Positions 56,456 to 64,000 of a stretch of 64,000 nt of DNA are shown one piece after another. A program made the position numbers and the translations under genes. The notes beneath the pieces were generated by a model. The model had not been told where the DNA came from. It saw only the letters and a program-made list of their open reading frames with translations, and did no database searches. The stretch comes from a virus, in IMG/VR virus record IMGVR_UViG_3300037470_000856, positions 77,030-141,029 of that record; one strand, written 5' to 3'. The stretch's first letter is position 1; every line of letters starts with the position of its first letter.

Positions 56456-57697
56456 TCAGTGGACATGGTCCAGGCCTCCACCACATGTGGGACAACTCTC
56501 GAAGCCGCCCAGGACGGTCTTGGTGCGCTCATTGAGTGTGTCGAACTCGGAGGACATCGTCTCGATCTGGTGATCCAAGGTGGCGACGGCGTCGCGGCTC
56601 TCGACGTGCCGCCTCTTGAGCCGACGGGCGTTATCGAGGGCCTTGCAAAACTTTCCGATGCAGTCGGCCTTCTGGGGATCGAGAGAGATGGCCCCGAGGG
56701 CCTCCTGCGTCTTCTCCGCGCGGGCGAACTCGGCCCGAGCCTCCTCGTATCGGAGAGCGAGCCCGACGGTCAGGCCGATGGCGTTGCGAAACTGTTGCAC
56801 GTAGGTCACGCGCTTGGTGGAGGGCAGCCTGTCTTCGACCCTCTCAAGGCCCGCCAGAGCCTCCACGTCGCGCCGTGCGGACCCCAGGCGCTCGCCGATG
56901 TGCAAGACCGTGGCAACGACGCGGGAGACGTCTTGGGCCTCCTTGACGCGCTCTGAGGTGGGCACCCTGGAGGCCGCGTCGTCGAGACCGTCGAGGGCCG
57001 CCACGTCGCGTCGAGCCCGCACCACGCGTTCCCCGAGCCTCACGAGGTTGGCGTTGGCCTTGGCGATCTTCTCCGCCTTCTTGTGGCGCTTCTCAAGCGC
57101 TTCGACGGCGGCGGCGGCACCGTCGAGGCCCGCGAACCCCTCGAGCCGCTCGACGAGCGTCTTGGCGTCCTTGCGCCGCACCTTGAGGTTAGCCCTGGAG
57201 CTGCGGCGGTCCGACTCGCAGTCCTTGAGGGCCCGGCTCAGCAAGTTCACGCGCTCGACGTTGGCGACCGCCTCCGCGACGGTCGAGCCCGACTCGTGGA
57301 GGAGGAAACTGACGCCGGTGATCTGCGGAGCGATCTGCGGCCACAGCTCCGAGTTGCTCGCGCGGACGGGCTCGACTCCGAAGATCTGCGCCTCAGAAGG
57401 AACACCGTGTCCGACCTTCGGGATTTCCCGGCCATCGACGATGTACATGTTGACGCTGCGGCCCTTCTTCCACGTCAGGGTTCGGCCGGTCTCCGTGTCC
57501 TCGATGTCGACCGTGCAGTGCTTGGCCCCGTGGCGGACGAAGTCAGAACCGCGGGCGTTGGTCAGCGCCCCCCGGATCGCGCGGAAAAATGCCGACTTGC
57601 CCGCGTTGTTCGTGCCCGTGACGACGGTCAGCCCGTCGATTTCGACGGTGGCGTCCTCGATCGACTGAAAATTCCGGACGCGGACCTTGAGTGCCAT
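56456..57697 (-). CDS. Rad50/SbcC N-terminal half (Walker A, coiled coil, Zn hook)
   Basis: VRNFQSI...GTNNAGKS...; ends ESCPTCGG; no Walker B. Confidence 0.85.
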   Translation of the reverse strand: MALKVRVRNFQSIEDATVEIDGLTVVTGTNNAGKSAFFRAIRGALTNARGSDFVRHGAKHCTVDIEDTETGRTLTWKKGRSVNMYIVDGREIPKVGHGVPSEAQIFGVEPVRASNSELWPQIAPQITGVSFLLHESGSTVAEAVANVERVNLLSRALKDCESDRRSSRANLKVRRKDAKTLVERLEGFAGLDGAAAAVEALEKRHKKAEKIAKANANLVRLGERVVRARRDVAALDGLDDAASRVPTSERVKEAQDVSRVVATVLHIGERLGSARRDVEALAGLERVEDRLPSTKRVTYVQQFRNAIGLTVGLALRYEEARAEFARAEKTQEALGAISLDPQKADCIGKFCKALDNARRLKRRHVESRDAVATLDHQIETMSSEFDTLNERTKTVLGGFESCPTCGGGLDHVH

Positions 57698-59016
57698 CAG
57701 GTCTCTTCGTCGTTCGGGGCGTCGCCGCCGATGGAGGAGAGAATCTGCTTGAGCTCCTCGTCGTTCTGGTACGAATCGGCCCCGAACAACTCGTCCTCGT
57801 TCTCCTCGCCGGGAGACGTGCTGCCCGTGCTGCCCGTGCTGCCCAGGTACGGGAGCACCTGCTTCTCCAAGATCCGCTTGAGTTTCGCGTCCTCGTCGAA
57901 GGCCGCGCGGAACTTCTCCATGCCCTGGAGACGGACCTTCTCGCCGTCGGGGTCGAGCCACTCGAACCACGAACCCGACTTCTTGATCAGGTTGTGGGCG
58001 ATGCCAATTTCGATGAGCGAACGCAGGTCGTCGATGCCCTGTCCGTAGCGGATGTAGAACATCGTCTCGTTGTTTTGCTGCGCGCTGATCTTGCATTTGT
58101 CAAGTTTTACCTTAACCTTCACCCCCACGACCTTGTCCGCCGACCTGTTGACCACGGCGGAGTACTCGGACGCCTTCTCGATCCCCATCGGCTGGAGGCG
58201 CAAGCGGAGCGCGGAGTAAAACTTCCACGCCTTCCCACCCTGCACCGTGAAGGTGTCCCCGTAGCCCGTCGTGTTGATGGCGTCGCGGATCTGAGAGATC
58301 CCGACGACTGTCGTCTGCGTCTTGGTGATGCGCGCCTTGAGTTTGGGCAGGAAGGCGGACCACACGGCGGCGTTCATGCCCACGCGACCCTGCTCGGCGG
58401 TGTCCTTGATCGCCTTGTCGTAGTACGCCTTTGGCACGCCGGCCCCGACCGAGTCGAGCACGATCAGGCTGACGCCGGCGCTCGCCATAGTCCACAGAAT
58501 CGCCACGCCCTCGTCGAGAGTGTCGGGCTGGCAGAGCATGAACTTGTCGGGCTCGCCGATCGGGACGCCGAGCGCCATCGCGTACGCCGGCACCATCTCG
58601 TGCTCCCAGTCGATGTAACCGACGGTGCCGCCCTGACGGATCGTCTCGGCCGCGGTCTCGAGCGCGAGGGTCGTCTTACCCGAGCCTTCCTTGCCGTACA
58701 GGTTGGTGATGCGGCCCTTGGGAAGTCCCGGACAGGGGAGGACGCCCCAGCGGTTCGCCTTCCCGCTGATGAGCAGGTTGATGACGGTCGAGCCGGTGGA
58801 GAGAACCGCCTGTGCCTGGCGGGCCTGCTTGGGGTCAAGATCCACCTGCCACTCCGTCGTCTTGAGCGCGTCCTTGAGCATGCTCTTGGCCTGGAGGAGA
58901 GGCGACGACGCGTTCCCTCCCTTGGAGCCAGAGGACGTCTTCGCCGCGGGCGCGGGCGCGGGCGCGGGCGACTTCTTGGTGGCTTTCTTCTTCGTCGTCT
59001 TCTTCGTGGTCGCCAT
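57697..59016 (-). CDS. recA: RecA recombinase
   Basis: GLPKGRITNLYGKEGSGKTT, YIDWEH, IVLDSV, SQIR, GGKAWKFYSALRL, KKSGSWF. Confidence 0.95.
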   Translation of the reverse strand: MATTKKTTKKKATKKSPAPAPAPAAKTSSGSKGGNASSPLLQAKSMLKDALKTTEWQVDLDPKQARQAQAVLSTGSTVINLLISGKANRWGVLPCPGLPKGRITNLYGKEGSGKTTLALETAAETIRQGGTVGYIDWEHEMVPAYAMALGVPIGEPDKFMLCQPDTLDEGVAILWTMASAGVSLIVLDSVGAGVPKAYYDKAIKDTAEQGRVGMNAAVWSAFLPKLKARITKTQTTVVGISQIRDAINTTGYGDTFTVQGGKAWKFYSALRLRLQPMGIEKASEYSAVVNRSADKVVGVKVKVKLDKCKISAQQNNETMFYIRYGQGIDDLRSLIEIGIAHNLIKKSGSWFEWLDPDGEKVRLQGMEKFRAAFDEDAKLKRILEKQVLPYLGSTGSTGSTSPGEENEDELFGADSYQNDEELKQILSSIGGDAPNDEET

Positions 59017-59026
59017 GGCTAGCCTT

Positions 59027-59671
59027 CTACTCCACGGACCAGAGGAAGAAGCGGTCATTCTCGCGATGCAGGACGCCCTTGATCTCGAGCTGCCCGGCAC
59101 GCTTACCCTTCGTGATGGTCCTGATGTGTGTGAACGTTTTCTTCTCGTAGGGGGTGAGGTCGGGCTCGACCAGGTTGCCCACGAAAAAATCCCAGAATCG
59201 ACCAGAGAACGTCGCCACGAGGTACGCGTCCGCCTCGTTGTGGTCCCACTTGCCTCCGCCCGCGTGCTCCTTCGCGGCCTCCACCATGTCCATCTTGGAC
59301 ATCTTCCATCCCTTGGGTCGCCCGAGCAGGTCGAACGCCCACTTCTTGACCTGCGGCGGAGCCAGCAGCAGGAGATCCTTGGCGTTCCTCTTGATGACCT
59401 CGAGGCTGAACAGGAAAAGACCGTACATGCCCTCCGAGTACTGCTCGTTGAGCACGGGGTGCTCGATGCCCATCACGTCTGGATTGAGTTCCTCGATCTT
59501 GTGGTTCAGGCACTCCCGGAGGTGGAGGTACCTCGAGACCTCGTCCTTGAACTGCCTCGGCTTGGTCCGAAACCGTCCGCGGTCCACGACACGGCCGCGC
59601 CCAGCGGCTTCCGTGTCGTGCAGTGCCCATCCGTAGTTGGTGAGGGAGGGGTCGAGGCCGAGCACGCGCAC
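59027..59671 (-). CDS. RuvC-like Holliday junction resolvase
   Basis: VLGLDPSLTNYG, IEH, PPQVKK, NEADA. Confidence 0.85.
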   Translation of the reverse strand: MRVLGLDPSLTNYGWALHDTEAAGRGRVVDRGRFRTKPRQFKDEVSRYLHLRECLNHKIEELNPDVMGIEHPVLNEQYSEGMYGLFLFSLEVIKRNAKDLLLLAPPQVKKWAFDLLGRPKGWKMSKMDMVEAAKEHAGGGKWDHNEADAYLVATFSGRFWDFFVGNLVEPDLTPYEKKTFTHIRTITKGKRAGQLEIKGVLHRENDRFFLWSVE

Positions 59672-59699
59672 GAGACACCCTACCCCTCCCTCGCGTCTC

Positions 59700-60458
59700 C
59701 TAGTCGTCGTCAAGCAGCATCAAGCCGAGGATGTTGTCGACCTCCTCGTCGCCACCCGCCGCCATGTTCCCCACGGGGGAGGAGACCTCGTGCCCGAGTT
59801 TCTCCTTGAGTTGGTCGAGAGTCAGCTTCTGGCCGATCTCGCGCTCGAGGCTGGGCACCAGGGCACGCACCTGCGCGACGATGTGCACGGCGATCTCCTG
59901 CGCGCGCGGAAGGTCGTTCTTGAGCATCTCCTTGAAAATGCACTGCTTCGCCGGGAGGAAGGTCAGCTTCTGGTACTGAGCGTCCTCGCAGTCCGCCTGA
60001 ACGTCCCACTCGTGCATCGGATAGCCCGAGAGGTGCATTTTCTTGAGCTTCTCATACTTATCACCCGAAAAAATCCAAGGCATGACGTCGGGCAGCTCGT
60101 CGAAGAGGGACTCCTTGGTCAGCTGCCCCTTCTTGCCCAAGGCCCACGACACGATGATCGTGGCGACCATGGGCTTGCCCTGCTTGCCGAGCAGCTCGGA
60201 GAACTGCGGGCCGCCGTCGAGGACGTAACCCGCCCCTTCGGCCCAGAGCCTTCGCGCTCCGATGAAATTGGGCGTCAGGCTATCCGCGTCCTGGCCCTCC
60301 GGGGGAGTCAGGGTCGCGGCCGTCACCTCCTGGCCCTCCTCCATTCCGGGCCACCAGACGAAGCCGATGCGGTAGGTCTTGCCCTTCTCCCCCTTGAACT
60401 TCTGTGCCCGGGATCCGATGCCCGCGTCGTTTTGTCCGAAACCAAACGTGGTGCTCAT
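59700..60458 (-). CDS. putative single-stranded DNA-binding protein
   Basis: KFKGEKGKTYRIGF, aromatic-rich core, acidic tail ending LLDDD; context next to RuvC and RecA. Confidence 0.5.
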   Translation of the reverse strand: MSTTFGFGQNDAGIGSRAQKFKGEKGKTYRIGFVWWPGMEEGQEVTAATLTPPEGQDADSLTPNFIGARRLWAEGAGYVLDGGPQFSELLGKQGKPMVATIIVSWALGKKGQLTKESLFDELPDVMPWIFSGDKYEKLKKMHLSGYPMHEWDVQADCEDAQYQKLTFLPAKQCIFKEMLKNDLPRAQEIAVHIVAQVRALVPSLEREIGQKLTLDQLKEKLGHEVSSPVGNMAAGGDEEVDNILGLMLLDDD

Positions 60459-60549
60459 GGTGTGTCGCTCTCTTTCGTCTTTCTGAAATGGCCGTGTCTA
60501 CTAGATGTGCCGGTTCACTTCTTCTACTCCCTATAGGACGACCATTTTT

Positions 60550-61563
60550 TCAATCGTCGTTTGTAAGGCTCGCGATGAGATCGTCAATGCCCAAGACGTC
60601 CTCTTCGTCGTCCCCGTCATCGGCCTCCTCGTCCTCTGCGCCGCCGATGGAGTCCAGAAATGACTCCACGTCGTCCTCGGAGTTGTCGTCGGCCGGAATT
60701 TCACCATCATCGTCCTCGTCGGGCAGGAGTTTCGCTATGTCGTCCCCGGCCTCCATCTCCTCGTCGGCGTCCTCTTCCTCGCCGAAGACCAGCACCGGCT
60801 CCTCGGCGTGCGGGGAGGGGTCCTGTCCGGCGTCGTCCGTCACCACCTCGTCCTCCTCGTCGTCCTCCTCCTCCGTGTCCTCCTCCGTGTCCTCCTCCGT
60901 GTCCTCCTCCGTGTCCTCCTCCGTGTCCTCCTCCGTGTCCTCGTCGTCAGAGGCGATACCGAGACCCGAGTCCACCGTGGTCAGCATGCTGTCGATGTCG
61001 GCAAGGTTGGCAGACATCAGCGGGGCCATGTTGCCGCCCCACTTGGCACCCATGCTGATGTCATGCTCGATCATCTTCGTCTGATCTCTCATCCGGCTTT
61101 GCGCGTCCTTGAGATCGGTACGCTTGGACTTAATGGAGATCATGAGGGTCTCGAGGTCGTGGGCAGCTCGCTCAAGCTCGGTCAAGTCCTCAAGGGTGGC
61201 CCGGAGTTGAACATCCGCGAGGGCCTCGCGCTCCCCCTGGGATCGCCCCACCCGGACGCGGGTGTCGTTCACCATGAGTTCGCGCTTCTCGAACTCGTAG
61301 AGGGTGCGCTTCGCGTTGATGATGCGCTTGAACAGGTGCAGATCCTCCGAAACCTGGAGGAAGATCTGGTCGACGCGGTTGAGCATCGCTCGCACCCTAG
61401 CGATGCGGGTGTTGAACCGCTTGGGGCCGAACTCGATCGGGTTGGGATCGAGTTTGACCTCCATCTTCTTGAGTTCCGCGTAGGTCTCGCGGATGCGGTC
61501 GAGGTCGACGATGGGGACATCGCTCTGTTCTGGCTCAGTCTTCTTCTTAGTCGCTGGACCCAT
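60550..61563 (-). CDS. coiled-coil protein with very acidic tail (possible recombination mediator)
   Basis: heptad-rich N-terminal half, D/E-rich C-terminal half. Confidence 0.6.
   Translation of the reverse strand: MGPATKKKTEPEQSDVPIVDLDRIRETYAELKKMEVKLDPNPIEFGPKRFNTRIARVRAMLNRVDQIFLQVSEDLHLFKRIINAKRTLYEFEKRELMVNDTRVRVGRSQGEREALADVQLRATLEDLTELERAAHDLETLMISIKSKRTDLKDAQSRMRDQTKMIEHDISMGAKWGGNMAPLMSANLADIDSMLTTVDSGLGIASDDEDTEEDTEEDTEEDTEEDTEEDTEEEDDEEDEVVTDDAGQDPSPHAEEPVLVFGEEEDADEEMEAGDDIAKLLPDEDDDGEIPADDNSEDDVESFLDSIGGAEDEEADDGDDEEDVLGIDDLIASLTNDD
60868..60939. repeat. 12-bp tandem repeat CTCCTCCGTGTC x6 encoding DTEE
   Basis: perfect tandem array. Confidence 0.95.
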
Positions 61564-61957
61564 TTGTGGCTCCCATCTCACGCAGGACGAGTCGGTTGTA
61601 GGTGTCTCTCACGCCGCGCACGTAGTCCTGGAAGACCTGCGGGTTGATGGAGCCGTTGGCGGCGGCGGACTCAAGGGCCGCGATGTCGCACTCCATCGAG
61701 AGCATGTAGCGGGCGAGTTTCGCGTCCTGCATCCGAATGCCCTGCGCCGCGTAAGCCGCGTCGTCCTCGGGCTCGGCCCCCACGTCGGCACCGAAACCGC
61801 CCTGATCGTCCTGCACGGACTGATAGGCCGCGGAGAAGCCCACGAACGAGTCGCCGTTGCGGCCTTTCACCGATCTCGTGCACGAGATCTTCGTGATACG
61901 GATGCCGTCGCGGATGCGGCGGAGACGCTCCTTGATCGCTTCCTTGTCCAGTTTCAT
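61547..61957 (-). CDS. hypothetical protein
   Basis: 136 aa with purine-rich RBS. Confidence 0.65.
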   Translation of the reverse strand: MKLDKEAIKERLRRIRDGIRITKISCTRSVKGRNGDSFVGFSAAYQSVQDDQGGFGADVGAEPEDDAAYAAQGIRMQDAKLARYMLSMECDIAALESAAANGSINPQVFQDYVRGVRDTYNRLVLREMGATNGSSD

Positions 61958-61990
61958 CTCTCCCTTTACTCCTTGGAAGGTTCACGGATC

Positions 61991-64000
61991 TTAGCGGAGG
62001 ATCTGATCGAGGAAATACGTGAGACGGTCCGGGAACAGGGTGTTGCGGGCGTCGACCTTGTTGTTTTCGATGGCCTGGGGGAGCGCCTCGAGATGCCCCA
62101 CGAGGATGACCTTCTTGCGCGCTCGCGTGATCGCCGTGTACAGCAGGTTGCGCTGTAGCTGATGCCGAAAGCTCGAGACCCACGGCATCAGGATCACGTC
62201 GTACTCCTGGCCCTGGCTCTTGTGAACGGTCGTGCAGTACGCCATACGCAGGTGCGTGGGGGCGTCCTTGAACGGCAGGTGGACGAGCATCACCGGAGGT
62301 CCGTGAATCTTGATTTCCACGATCTTGGATCGCGGGTCGAGGCGCACGATCTTGCCAACGTCGCCATTGAAAATCTCGAACCGGTAGTTGTTCTTGGCCA
62401 CCATGACTCGATCCCCCTCTCGAATCATCTCGGAGCCGAGACGCATCTCGCGAAGGCCTGGTGTCTTGGGGTTGAGAAGCTCGCGGATGCGCAGGTTCAG
62501 GCTCGTGACACCGAGCGTGCCGGCGTGACGGGGACTCAGTACCTGGAAATTGGCCTTGCGATCGTAGAGTTTCTGCACGGTCGCCGTGATCGTTGTCAGG
62601 ATCTTGTTCTCGTCACGGACCTCCACAAACGAAAAGTCGAGGCTCTTGTGCTTAAACTCCGGCACATCTCCCCGGTTGATGGCATGCGCCGCGATAACGA
62701 TGTCGCTCGCCTCGTCCTGCCGGAAGATCTCCCGGAGGTCCGTCACCGGGATGCGCCCGCTGTCGATGAGATCCCGGAGCACGTTGCCCGGGCCCACGGA
62801 GGGGAGCTGCGCCGCGTCTCCCACGAACACGATTCGACAATCCTTGGCCGTGCAGGAAAGCACCCGGAACAGCAGGTGCTGGTCCACCATCGAACTCTCG
62901 TCGATGATGGCGACCTTCGCGGGGTGGGGCTGGTGCGCCGAGAAGCCCCAGAACTCCTGCGAACCGTCCGCGTCGATGCCGCCGTCACCGAACCCCACGA
63001 TGCCCGCGTAGGTCGCCTCTCGGCCGTCGTCGCGCTCCTTGCCCTTGGCCCCGAAGGCCCTGTGGATCGTCGACGCCTCGGCCCCCGTGATGGCGGTGAG
63101 TCGCTTGGCCGCGATGCCCGTGGGCGCCGCCAGGAGGAAGGGAATGCCGGCGTCCTGGAGCACCTTCACGACCACCCTGAGCGTCGTCGTCTTGCCGGTG
63201 CCCGGGAGGCCAGTGAGGATAGAGACGGACTGCATGAGGGCGTGGACGGCTCCCTCGAGCTGCTTCCCGGACAGCGTGAGGTGCCCTCCCTCGGAGAACT
63301 CCCGGATCGCGCTTCGGGCGACCTCCTCAAGCGTAGCCTTCTCCCGCTTGGCTATCTTCTTGGTCTTAGGGCCCACGGTGCCGAGGCGTTCGAGGTACAT
63401 GGGGACGTCGATCGCAGAAATGGCGGCCCGGACGACCCTCTCGGCGAGCAGGCGCGCCGACTCGGTCTCGAGCCGGTTGAACCACGGCTCATAGATCGCC
63501 GTGACGCCGTCGCGCGTCTTGTTGTCGATGAGCAGCTGCCCCTCGTCGTGCAGGCTCTTGAGCGTATGGGCGATCTTCGTCTTGTCGATCTCGGGGGCGT
63601 ACTGCATGATGCCCTTCACGAGTTCGCCCGAATTGAGGTAGAGGTGCCCCATGCCGCGACGCACCTTGCAGGTGTAGAGCGCGGCTCCCCGGATGCGGCT
63701 CTCGCTGGCGAGATCGAGGCTGAGCCTGCGCGCGACCTCGTCGGCCTGGTCGAAGTTGATACCGTCGATCTGCACGAGGGCCCATGGGTCCTCGGACAGG
63801 AGGCGCTCGGCGTCGTCCCCGAAGTGCGCGTAGATCTGCTCGATGCGCTTCTTGGGCAGGTTGAGATCGCCGAGAAACTCGAGGCTCTGGAACATAGACC
63901 GGATGGCGCGCCACCGGCTCACGATGTGCTGCGCGGAGAACTCGGAAATACCCGGGACAGACTGGAGCTGCTCGACGTCCCCGAGCCTGTCGACCAATTC
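61991..64000 (-). CDS. RecD2-like SF1B helicase (5' end outside window)
   Basis: HhH repeats, GLPGTGKTT, APTGIAAKR, IIDESSM, VGDAAQLPSV, FRQ, TVHKSQGQE, YTAITRA. Confidence 0.92.
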   Translation of the reverse strand, partial: ELVDRLGDVEQLQSVPGISEFSAQHIVSRWRAIRSMFQSLEFLGDLNLPKKRIEQIYAHFGDDAERLLSEDPWALVQIDGINFDQADEVARRLSLDLASESRIRGAALYTCKVRRGMGHLYLNSGELVKGIMQYAPEIDKTKIAHTLKSLHDEGQLLIDNKTRDGVTAIYEPWFNRLETESARLLAERVVRAAISAIDVPMYLERLGTVGPKTKKIAKREKATLEEVARSAIREFSEGGHLTLSGKQLEGAVHALMQSVSILTGLPGTGKTTTLRVVVKVLQDAGIPFLLAAPTGIAAKRLTAITGAEASTIHRAFGAKGKERDDGREATYAGIVGFGDGGIDADGSQEFWGFSAHQPHPAKVAIIDESSMVDQHLLFRVLSCTAKDCRIVFVGDAAQLPSVGPGNVLRDLIDSGRIPVTDLREIFRQDEASDIVIAAHAINRGDVPEFKHKSLDFSFVEVRDENKILTTITATVQKLYDRKANFQVLSPRHAGTLGVTSLNLRIRELLNPKTPGLREMRLGSEMIREGDRVMVAKNNYRFEIFNGDVGKIVRLDPRSKIVEIKIHGPPVMLVHLPFKDAPTHLRMAYCTTVHKSQGQEYDVILMPWVSSFRHQLQRNLLYTAITRARKKVILVGHLEALPQAIENNKVDARNTLFPDRLTYFLDQILR

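Noticed and set aside
60529-60545. Further copy of the late promoter motif (TGGTCGTCCTAT)
   Set aside because: Spacing is 4 nt rather than 7, and it precedes a replication gene

Overview
A 64 kb, GC-rich segment of a large (jumbo-type) tailed dsDNA phage genome, almost entirely encoded on the minus strand. Reading from the right: (1) a replication/recombination block (RecD2-like helicase, putative SSB, RuvC, RecA, a Rad50/SbcC split into two genes about 10 kb apart, Mre11/SbcD, RecB-family nuclease, beta clamp, primase TOPRIM, DnaX), interrupted by accessory genes and an RNA cluster at about 51.3-53.1 kb; (2) a NusG paralog and a sigma-4-like regulator; (3) a head morphogenesis block (terminase with intein, portal, prohead protease with intein, scaffold, decoration protein, HK97-fold major capsid protein of Bxz1-like type). 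The RNA cluster holds 7 tRNAs plus one truncated tRNA, all reading C-starting codons, a YrlA-type Y RNA and an unexplained 251-nt tRNA-framed RNA. The most striking signal is a candidate capsid-cargo system. Two giant multi-enzyme polyproteins lie between portal and protease (ART-like + Ntn-hydrolase + topoisomerase IB + GNAT; Zn finger + 2H phosphoesterase + intein-containing CCA-adding enzyme). They and several other proteins share an amphipathic [RK]VAxx[WYHF] peptide and [KR]xA sites at domain junctions, and a conserved YGGT-N7-YTAT motif sits upstream of the same gene groups. All calls are from motif recognition by eye; no database searches were run.
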